NCBI GenBank assembly: GCA_028706255.1
Contig: JAQWBS010000001.1
Coordinates: 23,617 to 87,616 of the forward strand
Source: Alphaproteobacteria bacterium
GTDB lineage: Bacteria; Pseudomonadota; Alphaproteobacteria; RF32; CAG-239
DNA length: 64,000 nt
Reading direction: 5' to 3'
Below, piece by piece: positions 1-7,465 of the stretch. Position numbers and translations under genes: made by a program. Under the pieces are notes generated by a model. The model was not told the origin of the DNA and did not search any database. It saw only the letters and a program-made list of their open reading frames with translations. How positions within the stretch are numbered: position 1 is the first letter of the stretch; every line of letters starts with the position of its first letter.

Positions 1-1
1 G

Positions 2-1444
2 AAGAAGTCATATTTCATCTTTTTGGGAGCTTTTTTACTTTTTTATTCAAGCTTCATATTAACTAATAATGCCTTCGCTGGCGTTTATTTTATTACTAAA
101 CCCCAAGGAAACAATGATGGAGTCAGTAATAAACCCTGTCAATTGATGGGATATTTTTATAATAGTTCAAATTGTGGAGAGGGAAAATCTCTCTTTCAAA
201 AATGCCCCAATGGAAATACTTATAAGTTTTGTAAATGCGACCTTTCTCTTTATCCTTATACTGTCTCAAACTGTACAGAAACAGGCAAAGTTCTCGGAGG
301 AAAAGTCTGTGACAACACCTATTACGAAACTTGTAAATGTGAAGACAAATATCAATATGACACAACAAACTGTTCTTCACCTAAAACTCTAAGTGGCAAT
401 TCTTGTGGTGGAAAATATGAAAAATGCACGTGTCCTTCCACTTATTCTCAAACTTGTAGCGGAAATCTAATTGGGGTTGGAACAAGTTGTGATGGGAAAT
501 ATCAATCTTGTAAATGTAATAGTAATTTTCAAAAATGTGACAATGGCGGAACGTCTGGTGCTACCTCATGTTATGACTCTGAAGGAACGAAATATTCCAA
601 TTGTAAACAAATAAACTGTAGCGACGGAGGATATGTCTCTTCTGAACCTTATAATCAAAATTGCACCTATGTTTCATATAACGGAATAGATTGTTATAAA
701 AATTGTAAAGATAAAACCTGCTCTGATGGCGGATACCTTACTGCAGTTCCTGCCAATCAAACCTGTTCAACTGTTTCATATTTTGGACTAACTTGTTATC
801 GTAATTGTAAAAATATGAGCTGTTCAGAAGGGGGATATCTATCTTCCGCTCCTTCTAATCAAAAATGTACTTCCTTCACTTACAATGGCACAACTTGTTA
901 TAAAGACTGTGTAAACAAGAATTGTACAGAAGCTGGATATTTGGCCGCAGTTCCAACTGAACAAAACTGCAAGTCAATTTCTTATAATGGATTAACTTGC
1001 TATCAAAATTGTACAAATAAGAGCTGTGCTGAGGGAGGATATCTAGATGCAGCACCAAGTAATGACCATAAATGTAACTCGACCAGTTATGCAGGAAAAA
1101 CTTGCTACAAAGATTGTCAGTATAAAACCTGTGAAGATTATGCAAATACTTATGAATATGAACCTTATGGCGTGGTTTGTATGGGTCCAAATATCGTCCA
1201 AATAGCCAGTGGAAAACATTGCTACCAAAACTGTACAGATTATTGGAGAGAACCATGCACCGTAAGTAGTGACTGTAAAGATTTAAGTGCATCATATCCT
1301 AACAATTACCTACAAACTTGCTGGAATGGTTCTTGTAGATGTATGGAAGGAATCAGTTGGACATGCCTTAATCCTTGGAATGCGAGTAAAAACCCTTGGG
1401 CGCTAAATGCTGAAGAGAGATATAAAAATATCTATGGAGACTAA
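2..1444 (+). CDS. Secreted cysteine-rich modular repeat protein (true start probably just upstream of window)
   Basis: The ORF at 23-1444 stays open in frame back to nt 2, and KKSYFIFLGAFLLFYSSFILTNNAFA looks like a signal peptide. The mature part has ~5 N-terminal modules (C-x9-12-C-x6-7-C-x-C) followed by 6 tandem 34-aa modules of form C-[SE]-[DE]-G-G-Y-x9-N-Q-x-C-x9-10-C-Y-x-[ND]-C. I recognise no enzymatic motif. Confidence 0.6.
   Translation, partial: KKSYFIFLGAFLLFYSSFILTNNAFAGVYFITKPQGNNDGVSNKPCQLMGYFYNSSNCGEGKSLFQKCPNGNTYKFCKCDLSLYPYTVSNCTETGKVLGGKVCDNTYYETCKCEDKYQYDTTNCSSPKTLSGNSCGGKYEKCTCPSTYSQTCSGNLIGVGTSCDGKYQSCKCNSNFQKCDNGGTSGATSCYDSEGTKYSNCKQINCSDGGYVSSEPYNQNCTYVSYNGIDCYKNCKDKTCSDGGYLTAVPANQTCSTVSYFGLTCYRNCKNMSCSEGGYLSSAPSNQKCTSFTYNGTTCYKDCVNKNCTEAGYLAAVPTEQNCKSISYNGLTCYQNCTNKSCAEGGYLDAAPSNDHKCNSTSYAGKTCYKDCQYKTCEDYANTYEYEPYGVVCMGPNIVQIASGKHCYQNCTDYWREPCTVSSDCKDLSASYPNNYLQTCWNGSCRCMEGISWTCLNPWNASKNPWALNAEERYKNIYGD
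617..1234 (+). repeat. Six tandem ~102-nt (34-aa) coding repeats of the Cys-rich module (sixth copy degenerate)
   Basis: The protein-level periodicity CSDGGYVSSEPYNQNCTYVSYNGIDCYKNCKDKT / CSDGGYLTAVPANQTCSTVSYFGLTCYRNCKNMS / CSEGGYLSSAPSNQKCTSFTYNGTTCYKDCVNKN / CTEAGYLAAVPTEQNCKSISYNGLTCYQNCTNKS / CAEGGYLDAAPSNDHKCNSTSYAGKTCYKDCQYKT is visible in the translation. The DNA copies have diverged. Confidence 0.6.
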
Positions 1445-1510
1445 AAAAAAAGCAACCATAGAGAACTTAAGTGATAACTCATAATCTCTAGTAAGCAACA
1501 AAAGTAAAAA

Positions 1511-1542
1511 GCGCTCTGAAATATGCAAACAGAGGGCTTTTT
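1511..1542 (+). terminator. Rho-independent terminator after the Cys-rich protein gene
   Basis: GCGCTCTG ... CAGAGGGC stem (one mismatch) followed by TTTTT. Confidence 0.4.
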
Positions 1543-1612
1543 ACTATTGACTAAACCTTAGAAAATCAATAGTATCTGGTAAAACATAAACATATTATTG
1601 CAAGGGAAAAAA

Positions 1613-2494
1613 ATGAATTTTACGGAAATGGGTTTAAGCGAAAAAACCATCAAAGCAATTAAAGAATTTGGCATTAGAAAACCAACAACTGTGCAAACAG
1701 ATGTCATTCCTTCAATTCTACAAGGCAAAGATGTTTTTACCATCGCCCCACAAAAATGTGGCAAAACCACCTCATATGTTTTCCCTCTCATTGACATCAT
1801 CAGCAAACACGAAAGACAAAACATTTTGATTATCACACCATCTTCAGAAGATTCTGTGACCATTTCAGATCGTTTTGCTGTGTTTAATAAATATCATGAA
1901 ATCAATGAAGCAACCATCACTGAAGGCGATGAAGACATTGACAATGAAGCTAATGTCATTATTGGTTCTCCAGACCTTTTATTGGAACTCATTGAAGAAA
2001 GCAAAGTTGATTTATCAAACATCAATATTTTGGTTGTTGATGACATCAACCTAATCAAAAAACACAAGCAACTTGAAAACTTGGAAAAGATTCTCGACAT
2101 TTTACCAAGTGAAAAACAAAACATTGTTTACACAAATCGCCGTTCAAAAGAAACACAAAGCATTCTTGATAAAATTTTGAAAGCGCCAGAAGAAATTAAA
2201 ATCGACAAGGCAAAAGAACAAGAAGCAGAGATTGCTGAACAAAACATTGAGCAAAAAGCAGACTCAGAACCTGTTGAAGCAAAACAAGAAGAGACACGAG
2301 CTCCAAGAAGAGAAAGAAATAACAACAGAGAAAGACAAGAAAACAAAGACCGCCAAAGACAAAACAATAACAACAATGGCAAAGTCAACAATTTTGACCA
2401 TGAAGCTTTGCACCTTGCCAAAAAGTTCAATGCTTTTTCTGGCAGAGCGCCAAAATTCATTTTGAACAAAGGCATTCTTGTTAGAGATAACTAA
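1613..2494 (+). CDS. Degenerate DEAD-box helicase N-terminal (RecA-like domain 1) protein with a basic R/N/Q-rich tail; lacks helicase C-terminal domain
   Basis: There is a Q-motif-like TTVQ, a motif I-like APQKCGKT (compare AQTGSGKT), a motif Ia-like ITPSSED, and VVDDIN where DEAD would be. No motifs III-VI are present. It ends in a RAPRRERNNNRERQENKDRQRQNNNNN tail. The ATG at 1613 has an AAGGGA Shine-Dalgarno sequence; the tracked start at 1598 is TTG. Confidence 0.6.
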   Translation: MNFTEMGLSEKTIKAIKEFGIRKPTTVQTDVIPSILQGKDVFTIAPQKCGKTTSYVFPLIDIISKHERQNILIITPSSEDSVTISDRFAVFNKYHEINEATITEGDEDIDNEANVIIGSPDLLLELIEESKVDLSNINILVVDDINLIKKHKQLENLEKILDILPSEKQNIVYTNRRSKETQSILDKILKAPEEIKIDKAKEQEAEIAEQNIEQKADSEPVEAKQEETRAPRRERNNNRERQENKDRQRQNNNNNGKVNNFDHEALHLAKKFNAFSGRAPKFILNKGILVRDN

Positions 2495-2517
2495 GAAAAC
2501 CAAATAAAATAAAAAAC

Positions 2518-2546
2518 CCGAAGAATTAAATCTTCGGATTTTTTTT
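2518..2546. terminator. Bidirectional rho-independent terminator (CCGAAGA-loop-TCTTCGG)
   Basis: A 7-bp stem is flanked by an A-run upstream and a T-run downstream. The stop codon of the minus-strand gene 2526-2921 lies in the loop. Confidence 0.6.
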
Positions 2547-2921
2547 GAGCATCTGAAAAGGAACGAAAGCCTTTTCACCATGTTCTTGAAAAACAAGAAC
2601 ATAATCTGCTCTCAATGTAATTTTTTGAAAAACGGGTTTCTTAATCAGCCTCATTCCTCGAGAAATACCATAGAAACCAGATTTACTTATCACAATATTA
2701 TGTTCTTTATCAATTTTTTGAATGAGAACATAATTTCTAAAACGAGCTTTCAAAATCTTCTGATAGCTTTTGCGACCAAGCCAATAGAAAAAGCTCACAA
2801 AACCCCATAAAAACAGGACCACGCCTGAAAAGAGGAACCCAAGAAAAAGAATAAAATTCCAAGACAACGAATTTAACGAATCAAGCTCTGCCTGAGACAA
2901 AGCAATTTCATTTTTTTCCAT
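2526..2921 (-). CDS. Small membrane protein (two N-terminal TM helices, possible bacterial PH-like C-terminal domain)
   Basis: 131-aa ORF with the hydrophobic stretches WNFILFLGFLFSGVVLFLWGFVSFFYWL. It has its own terminator. The family call is uncertain. Confidence 0.5.
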   Translation of the reverse strand: MEKNEIALSQAELDSLNSLSWNFILFLGFLFSGVVLFLWGFVSFFYWLGRKSYQKILKARFRNYVLIQKIDKEHNIVISKSGFYGISRGMRLIKKPVFQKITLRADYVLVFQEHGEKAFVPFQMLKKNPKI

Positions 2922-2982
2922 AATTAAAGTTTTTTAAATTAAACGAATTTTGGTTTCTTAAAATTTTTAAGACAGAACAACT

Positions 2983-3078
2983 CTAAAAAAATGTTCTTAT
3001 AATGAGAACAGAGTTCACGAGAGAGTTTGACATAGAAGCAATTATTTCAGGAATTTTATCTCTGACAAGTTTTTCCAT
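2983..3078 (-). CDS. Candidate small ORF (31 aa, MEKLVRDKIPEIIASMSNSLVNSVLIIRTFF)
   Basis: It is not in the ORF track because it is under 60 aa. A perfect AAGGAG sits 8 nt upstream of the ATG. It lies 60 nt upstream of gene 2526-2921. Confidence 0.25.
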   Translation of the reverse strand: MEKLVRDKIPEIIASMSNSLVNSVLIIRTFF

Positions 3079-3157
3079 TTTCAACTCCTTTCTCTAAAAA
3101 AACTTCTATAAGTTTTAAACAAAATTCATCAATTAGCAAGCTCTTAGTTTTAAACCC

Positions 3158-3186
3158 AAAAAAGCGAACCGATTTCTCGATTCGCT
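3158..3186 (-). terminator. Rho-independent terminator of gene 3204-3902 (AGCGAA CCGATTTCTCGAT TCGCT plus U-run on the minus strand)
   Basis: A hairpin is immediately followed by A6 on the plus strand, which is U6 on the minus strand. Its core CGAACCGATTTCTCGATTCG is identical to the rplQ terminator at 3978-4008. Confidence 0.55.
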
Positions 3187-3203
3187 TTGAAGATAATTAA
3201 CAG

Positions 3204-3902
3204 CTAAGCTTTGTTATGTTTCTCGATAAAAGCAATAACAAGCTCCTGATTAGGAAATTTCTTTGCAGACAAAGAATAGATATCTCCTGCAGATTTCCAA
3301 TTTACAGAGCAATCTTTATACTCAAAACCAAGTTTCTCAATTAAGTCATAAAACGCATTGAAATAATTAGGTCTATTAGCTTTATATTGCTTACGCGCTT
3401 GCAACTGTAAACTTGAAACCAAATCACCAACAAGCGTATAACCCATCTCAGAAAGCCAATTAAAATGGCGAGAAGCAAAAGTGGGAATAAATGTCAGAGG
3501 AATTAATAGCCCTTCATTTATCTCCGACTTTCTAATGTCAAAAACCTTACCCTGCCAAAACAACTCAAAAGCTTTCTCCACACTAATAAACGGTGGAAAA
3601 TATTTTTGGGAAATCTCCATATGGTTATCGGGTAGCCAATCAACATGCTCAAAAGAATGACTAAAAGTTAACTCAAATTTTTTGAGTATTTCCTTAAGTT
3701 CTTTCAAACTTTTTTCACCGATGTTTCTAAACTTTAAAACATCTTCTTCGGAATACATCAATACTTCACCTAAATATGGACAATTCAAGTATCGTAAAAA
3801 ATTCAGGGTTCTTTGAGAAAGTTTTAGTTGCTCAATGGGGACGAAGTAACCAATCTTGCCTTCAAGCAAGGCTTTTTCTTCTGATAAAATCTCTTTTTTC
3901 AT
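3204..3902 (-). CDS. Stand-alone protein with two RNA polymerase alpha-subunit C-terminal-domain (alpha-CTD, HhH)-like domains
   Basis: LKLSQRTLNFLRYLNCPYLGEVLMYSEEDVLKFRNIGEKSLKELKEILKKF aligns at about 40% identity with this genome's own RpoA CTD ([51 protein letters not shown]). A second, weaker copy is NWLSEMGYTLVGDLVSS...LIEKLG. Confidence 0.55.
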   Translation of the reverse strand: MKKEILSEEKALLEGKIGYFVPIEQLKLSQRTLNFLRYLNCPYLGEVLMYSEEDVLKFRNIGEKSLKELKEILKKFELTFSHSFEHVDWLPDNHMEISQKYFPPFISVEKAFELFWQGKVFDIRKSEINEGLLIPLTFIPTFASRHFNWLSEMGYTLVGDLVSSLQLQARKQYKANRPNYFNAFYDLIEKLGFEYKDCSVNWKSAGDIYSLSAKKFPNQELVIAFIEKHNKA

Positions 3903-3977
3903 ATAATTTTATTTTAATAATACATAAATCATAGTAAATGAGATGGCAAATTATCACACTTAACAAAACCTGTCTAC

Positions 3978-4008
3978 ACAAAAAAACGAACCGATTTCTC
4001 GATTCGTT
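3978..4008 (-). terminator. Rho-independent terminator ending the alpha operon after rplQ
   Basis: AACGAA CCGATTTCTCGAT TCGTT hairpin followed by U7 on the minus strand. It is a near-identical copy of the hairpin at 3158-3186. Confidence 0.6.
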
Positions 4009-4034
4009 TCTTTTATATAAAATGTTCTAAAGAA

Positions 4035-4472
4035 CTATTCTGCTTTTGCAGCTTCCGCAGCAGCAACTTTTTCAGCAGCAACTCTAGCCAAGTCTTCAGC
4101 ACCTTTGGCAGCAACATCTCTGTCAACCAATTCAATGATTGCCATATCAGCAGCATCGCCATATCTAAAACCAGCTTTAAGAACACGAGTATAACCACCG
4201 TTACGGTCTTTATATCTTTCACCTAATGTAGAGAAAAGCTTAGACACAACTTCTTTATTACGAAGAAATGAATTTGCTCTTCTGCGACTTGCGAGGTCAC
4301 CTTTTTTTGCCAAAGTGATCATATTGTCAGCGAAAGTTCTGAGTTCTTTTGCTCTTTGCAAAGTAATTTTAATTTGTTCATGGTTCAACAAAGCAGCTGT
4401 CAAGTTTGAGAACAATGCTCTTCTTTGGCTTGTTGTCATGCTGAATTTTCTATGTTTCATTCCGTGTCTCAT
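4035..4472 (-). CDS. rplQ: 50S ribosomal protein L17
   Basis: [10 protein letters not shown]...[27 protein letters not shown] matches L17, with an Ala-rich C-terminal tail. The ATG at 4472 has an AAGGA Shine-Dalgarno sequence. Confidence 0.9.
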   Translation of the reverse strand: MRHGMKHRKFSMTTSQRRALFSNLTAALLNHEQIKITLQRAKELRTFADNMITLAKKGDLASRRRANSFLRNKEVVSKLFSTLGERYKDRNGGYTRVLKAGFRYGDAADMAIIELVDRDVAAKGAEDLARVAAEKVAAAEAAKAE

Positions 4473-4612
4473 CATTTTTTCCTTTTCTCTAATGCTTTGC
4501 ATGCAAAGCGGATAATACAGACCGATACTACCCTAAAACACAAAGATATATATCGGCAAATTAAAGGTTAAATACAAAATTTAAATCTAACCTAATTTCT
4601 TAAAATTTTAAT

Positions 4613-4696
4613 AGAGGGCTATGCTACAAAGATATTTTTGAGTGAGGTGTAGAAAAACTACACGAAAGAAAAAAATATCAAGTATGATAACCCTCT
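4613..4696 (-). repeat. Copy A of an ~85-nt imperfect-palindromic intergenic element (rpoA|rplQ spacer)
   Basis: It shares the core ...TTTTTGAgtGAgGTGTAG-aaaaa-CTACACGAaaGAAAAAAA..AAGTATGAtAaCC with copies at 9421-9506 and 21788-21875. The outer stem is AGAGGG/CCCTCT. It begins 9 nt after the rpoA stop. Confidence 0.6.
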
Positions 4697-4705
4697 TGTA
4701 AAATT

Positions 4706-5713
4706 CTAGAAGTGTTCGTCAACGCGACGAATCAAATCTTCAATATTTTCAGGTGGCCAACCAACAACTTCCATGCCGAGGTGGATACCCATTTTTGTAA
4801 GAACTTCTTTGATTTCATTCAAAGATTTTCTACCAAAGTTTGGTGTTCTGAGCATTTCTGCTTCTGTTTTTTGAACCAAATCACCAATATAAACAATGTT
4901 ATCATTCTTCAAGCAATTTGCAGAACGAACAGAAAGTTCAAGCTCTTCAACTTTTTTAAGAAGATTTCTGTTAAATGGAAGTTCTTCTTTTTCTGCTTTT
5001 GTTTCAACTTCAGGTTCATCAAAGTTAATGAAAGGCTTAAGTTGATCTTGCAAAATTCTTGCTGAATATGCAATCGCATCTTCAGGCGTGATAACACCAT
5101 TTGTTTCAATTACGAGTGTGAGTTTGTCATAGTCAGTCACTTGACCAACACGAGTATTCTCAACTTTGTAAGAAACTTTTTTAACTGGAGAATAAATTGC
5201 ATCAACTGCAATCACCCCAATTGGTGCATCAGCGGCTTTGTTTTGATATGCAGGAACATAGCCTTTTCCGGTTCCGACAGTAAATTCAACATTAATTTTT
5301 GCGCCAGCGTCCAATGTGCAAATGAAATGATTAGGATTTTTGATTTCAACATCATGTCCTGTTTGAATCATTGCAGCGGTAACTTCGCATGGACCTTCTG
5401 CTTTAAGGCTCATTGTTTTTGTGCCTTCGCCTTCAACGGCAACAGCCAAACCTTTAATGTTTAAAATAATGTCTGTAACATCTTCTTTAACACCTGGGAT
5501 TACAGTGAACTCATGCAAAACACCGTCAATTTTGACAGCTGTTACAGCGCCACCTTGCAAAGAAGAAAGTAAAACTCTTCTCAATGCATTACCCAAAGTT
5601 AGACCAAAACCTCTCTCAAGAGGCTCGACTACTATTTTAGCTCTGCTTGCACTTTCGTTAACAACGTCTAAATTAGTAGGTTTAATAAGTTCTTGCCAAT
5701 TCTTTTGAATCAC
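4706..5713 (-). CDS. rpoA: DNA-directed RNA polymerase subunit alpha
   Basis: Full-length alpha subunit with NTD and CTD ([20 protein letters not shown]), in its alpha-operon position. Confidence 0.95.
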   Translation of the reverse strand: MIQKNWQELIKPTNLDVVNESASRAKIVVEPLERGFGLTLGNALRRVLLSSLQGGAVTAVKIDGVLHEFTVIPGVKEDVTDIILNIKGLAVAVEGEGTKTMSLKAEGPCEVTAAMIQTGHDVEIKNPNHFICTLDAGAKINVEFTVGTGKGYVPAYQNKAADAPIGVIAVDAIYSPVKKVSYKVENTRVGQVTDYDKLTLVIETNGVITPEDAIAYSARILQDQLKPFINFDEPEVETKAEKEELPFNRNLLKKVEELELSVRSANCLKNDNIVYIGDLVQKTEAEMLRTPNFGRKSLNEIKEVLTKMGIHLGMEVVGWPPENIEDLIRRVDEHF

Positions 5714-5815
5714 CGGTATGTCCTCTTTATTTTTATATTATGTGCACATAAAATTTCATATTTCAGAAATCAAAAGACGGCGAGGCCTTGAGAGCCTCAC
5801 TATCTAAAAACTCGA

Positions 5816-6205
5816 CTAGACTCTACGTCTCTTCTTCATACGACAACCATTGTGAGGAATAGGTGTAACATCACGAATAGCTGTGATTGTGAAACCTATT
5901 GCTTGCAATGCTCTAATCGCAGACTCACGACCAGATCCAGGTCCTTTAACTTCAACTTCTAAAGTTTTCATACCATGCTCTTGAGCTTTTTTACCAGCTT
6001 CTTCAGCAGAAATTTGTGCAGCATAAGGGGTAGATTTTCTAGAACCCTTAAAGCCTTGAGCACCTGCTGTACACCAAGCAACTGTGTTGCCTTGAGCATC
6101 AGTTATTGTTATTCTTGTGTTGTTGAAAGTAGAATTTACGTGAGCAATCCCAGCCGTAATATTCTTTTTCTCTTTCTTTTTAACACGTTGTGCTACTTTT
6201 GCCAT
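5816..6205 (-). CDS. rpsK: 30S ribosomal protein S11
   Basis: [23 protein letters not shown]...[13 protein letters not shown] is a typical S11. Confidence 0.95.
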   Translation of the reverse strand: MAKVAQRVKKKEKKNITAGIAHVNSTFNNTRITITDAQGNTVAWCTAGAQGFKGSRKSTPYAAQISAEEAGKKAQEHGMKTLEVEVKGPGSGRESAIRALQAIGFTITAIRDVTPIPHNGCRMKKRRRV

Positions 6206-6218
6206 TTGTTATCCTACC

Positions 6219-6588
6219 TTATTTCTTCTTATTCGCAACAGTTTTACGTTTACCCTTACGTGTTCTAGCATTTTGCTTAGTACTTTGTCCACGAACAGGC
6301 AACCCTTTACGATGTCTTAAACCTCTATAACATCCAAGATCCATCAATCTTTTGATGTTAACGTTAACTTCACGACGAAGCTCACCTTCCACAAGGTAAT
6401 CAGTATCAATTACTTCACGAATTTTTGACACCTCGTCATCAGACAACTGATGAACGCGGCGTTCTGAAGTAATTCCTGATTTCTCACAAATGTCTTGAGC
6501 AGATTTTCTACCAATACCAAAAATATAAGTCAAAGCCACTTCTACTCTTTTGGCGGTTGGAATATTTACACCAGCTATACGAGCCAAA
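6219..6588 (-). CDS. rpsM: 30S ribosomal protein S13
   Basis: [25 protein letters not shown] matches S13. The likely start is TTG at 6588 with a GGAG Shine-Dalgarno sequence. An in-frame ATG at 6647 would add 20 non-conserved residues. Confidence 0.85.
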
Positions 6589-6775
6589 ACCAAATCTCCA
6601 TTTTCTAATATTTTACCATTTTCAAAAAGTTGATCACCACTTCTCAAAATTAAGCCGGATTATAGGCTAATATTTGTTAGTGTCAACTACCCATTTACTA
6701 AAAAAATGATTTTTTTTCATTTTTTTAAATTTTTTTTTACTTTTCCTCAAAACTCAGCATAAGTAATGAAAAACA

Positions 6776-7453
6776 TCACTCAGAACCCAAGCCTAAAACT
6801 TCCCTTACTTTCTTAGCGACAGCTTCAATAGAGCCTGTTCCATCAACAGTTCTAAGGAGTCCTTGTTTTTCAAAAAAAGGAATTGTTGGATAAGTCAAAG
6901 CTCGATAGTTAATCAGACGATTCTGAACGGTTGTTCGGTTGTCATCGATTCGTCTATAAAACTCTGTTCCACCGCAATTGTCGCAAACACCATAAATTTT
7001 CGGTTTCTGAAATTTTTCATGATATCCTTGACCGCATTTCATACAGGCATATCTGCCCAAAATTCGCTCCATAATGATTTCATCAGGAACTTGAATCTCT
7101 ATAACATAATCAAGCTTAATACCTTTTCCTGAGAACATCGCCTGCATTGCTTCAGCCTGAGGCAATGTTCTTGGAAAACCATCAAGAATGAACCCATTTT
7201 TACAATCTGGTTCATCAATACGATTAGAGACCATTTCAATGATCATTTCATCTGTTGCAAAATTTCCCTCATCAAGCATTTTCTTAAGCTCTAGCCCAAG
7301 AGGGGTCGCCTTCGCAGCTTCTGCTCTGAGCATCTCTCCGGTGGAAAGATGTGGAATTTCAAGAGATTCCTTTAGAATTCTTGCCTGAGTTCCTTTACCG
7401 CAACCTGGGGCTCCAGTAAAAACTAAGTGCAATCTTTTATTTCCTAAACTCAT
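6776..7453 (-). CDS. adk: Adenylate kinase
   Basis: P-loop GAPGCGKGTQ and a zinc-lid CMKCGQ...CDNCG. It sits between secY and rpsM, as in many alphaproteobacteria. Confidence 0.9.
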   Translation of the reverse strand: MSLGNKRLHLVFTGAPGCGKGTQARILKESLEIPHLSTGEMLRAEAAKATPLGLELKKMLDEGNFATDEMIIEMVSNRIDEPDCKNGFILDGFPRTLPQAEAMQAMFSGKGIKLDYVIEIQVPDEIIMERILGRYACMKCGQGYHEKFQKPKIYGVCDNCGGTEFYRRIDDNRTTVQNRLINYRALTYPTIPFFEKQGLLRTVDGTGSIEAVAKKVREVLGLGSE

Positions 7454-7465
7454 TGCTTTTCCTGC

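Noticed and set aside
1598-2494. Calling the half DEAD-box gene a pseudogene
   Set aside because: The reading frame is intact from a good Shine-Dalgarno ATG to a stop that is directly followed by a clean terminator. No out-of-frame helicase C-domain remnants are visible downstream. It is treated as a stable truncated variant, with the caveat that function is unknown.
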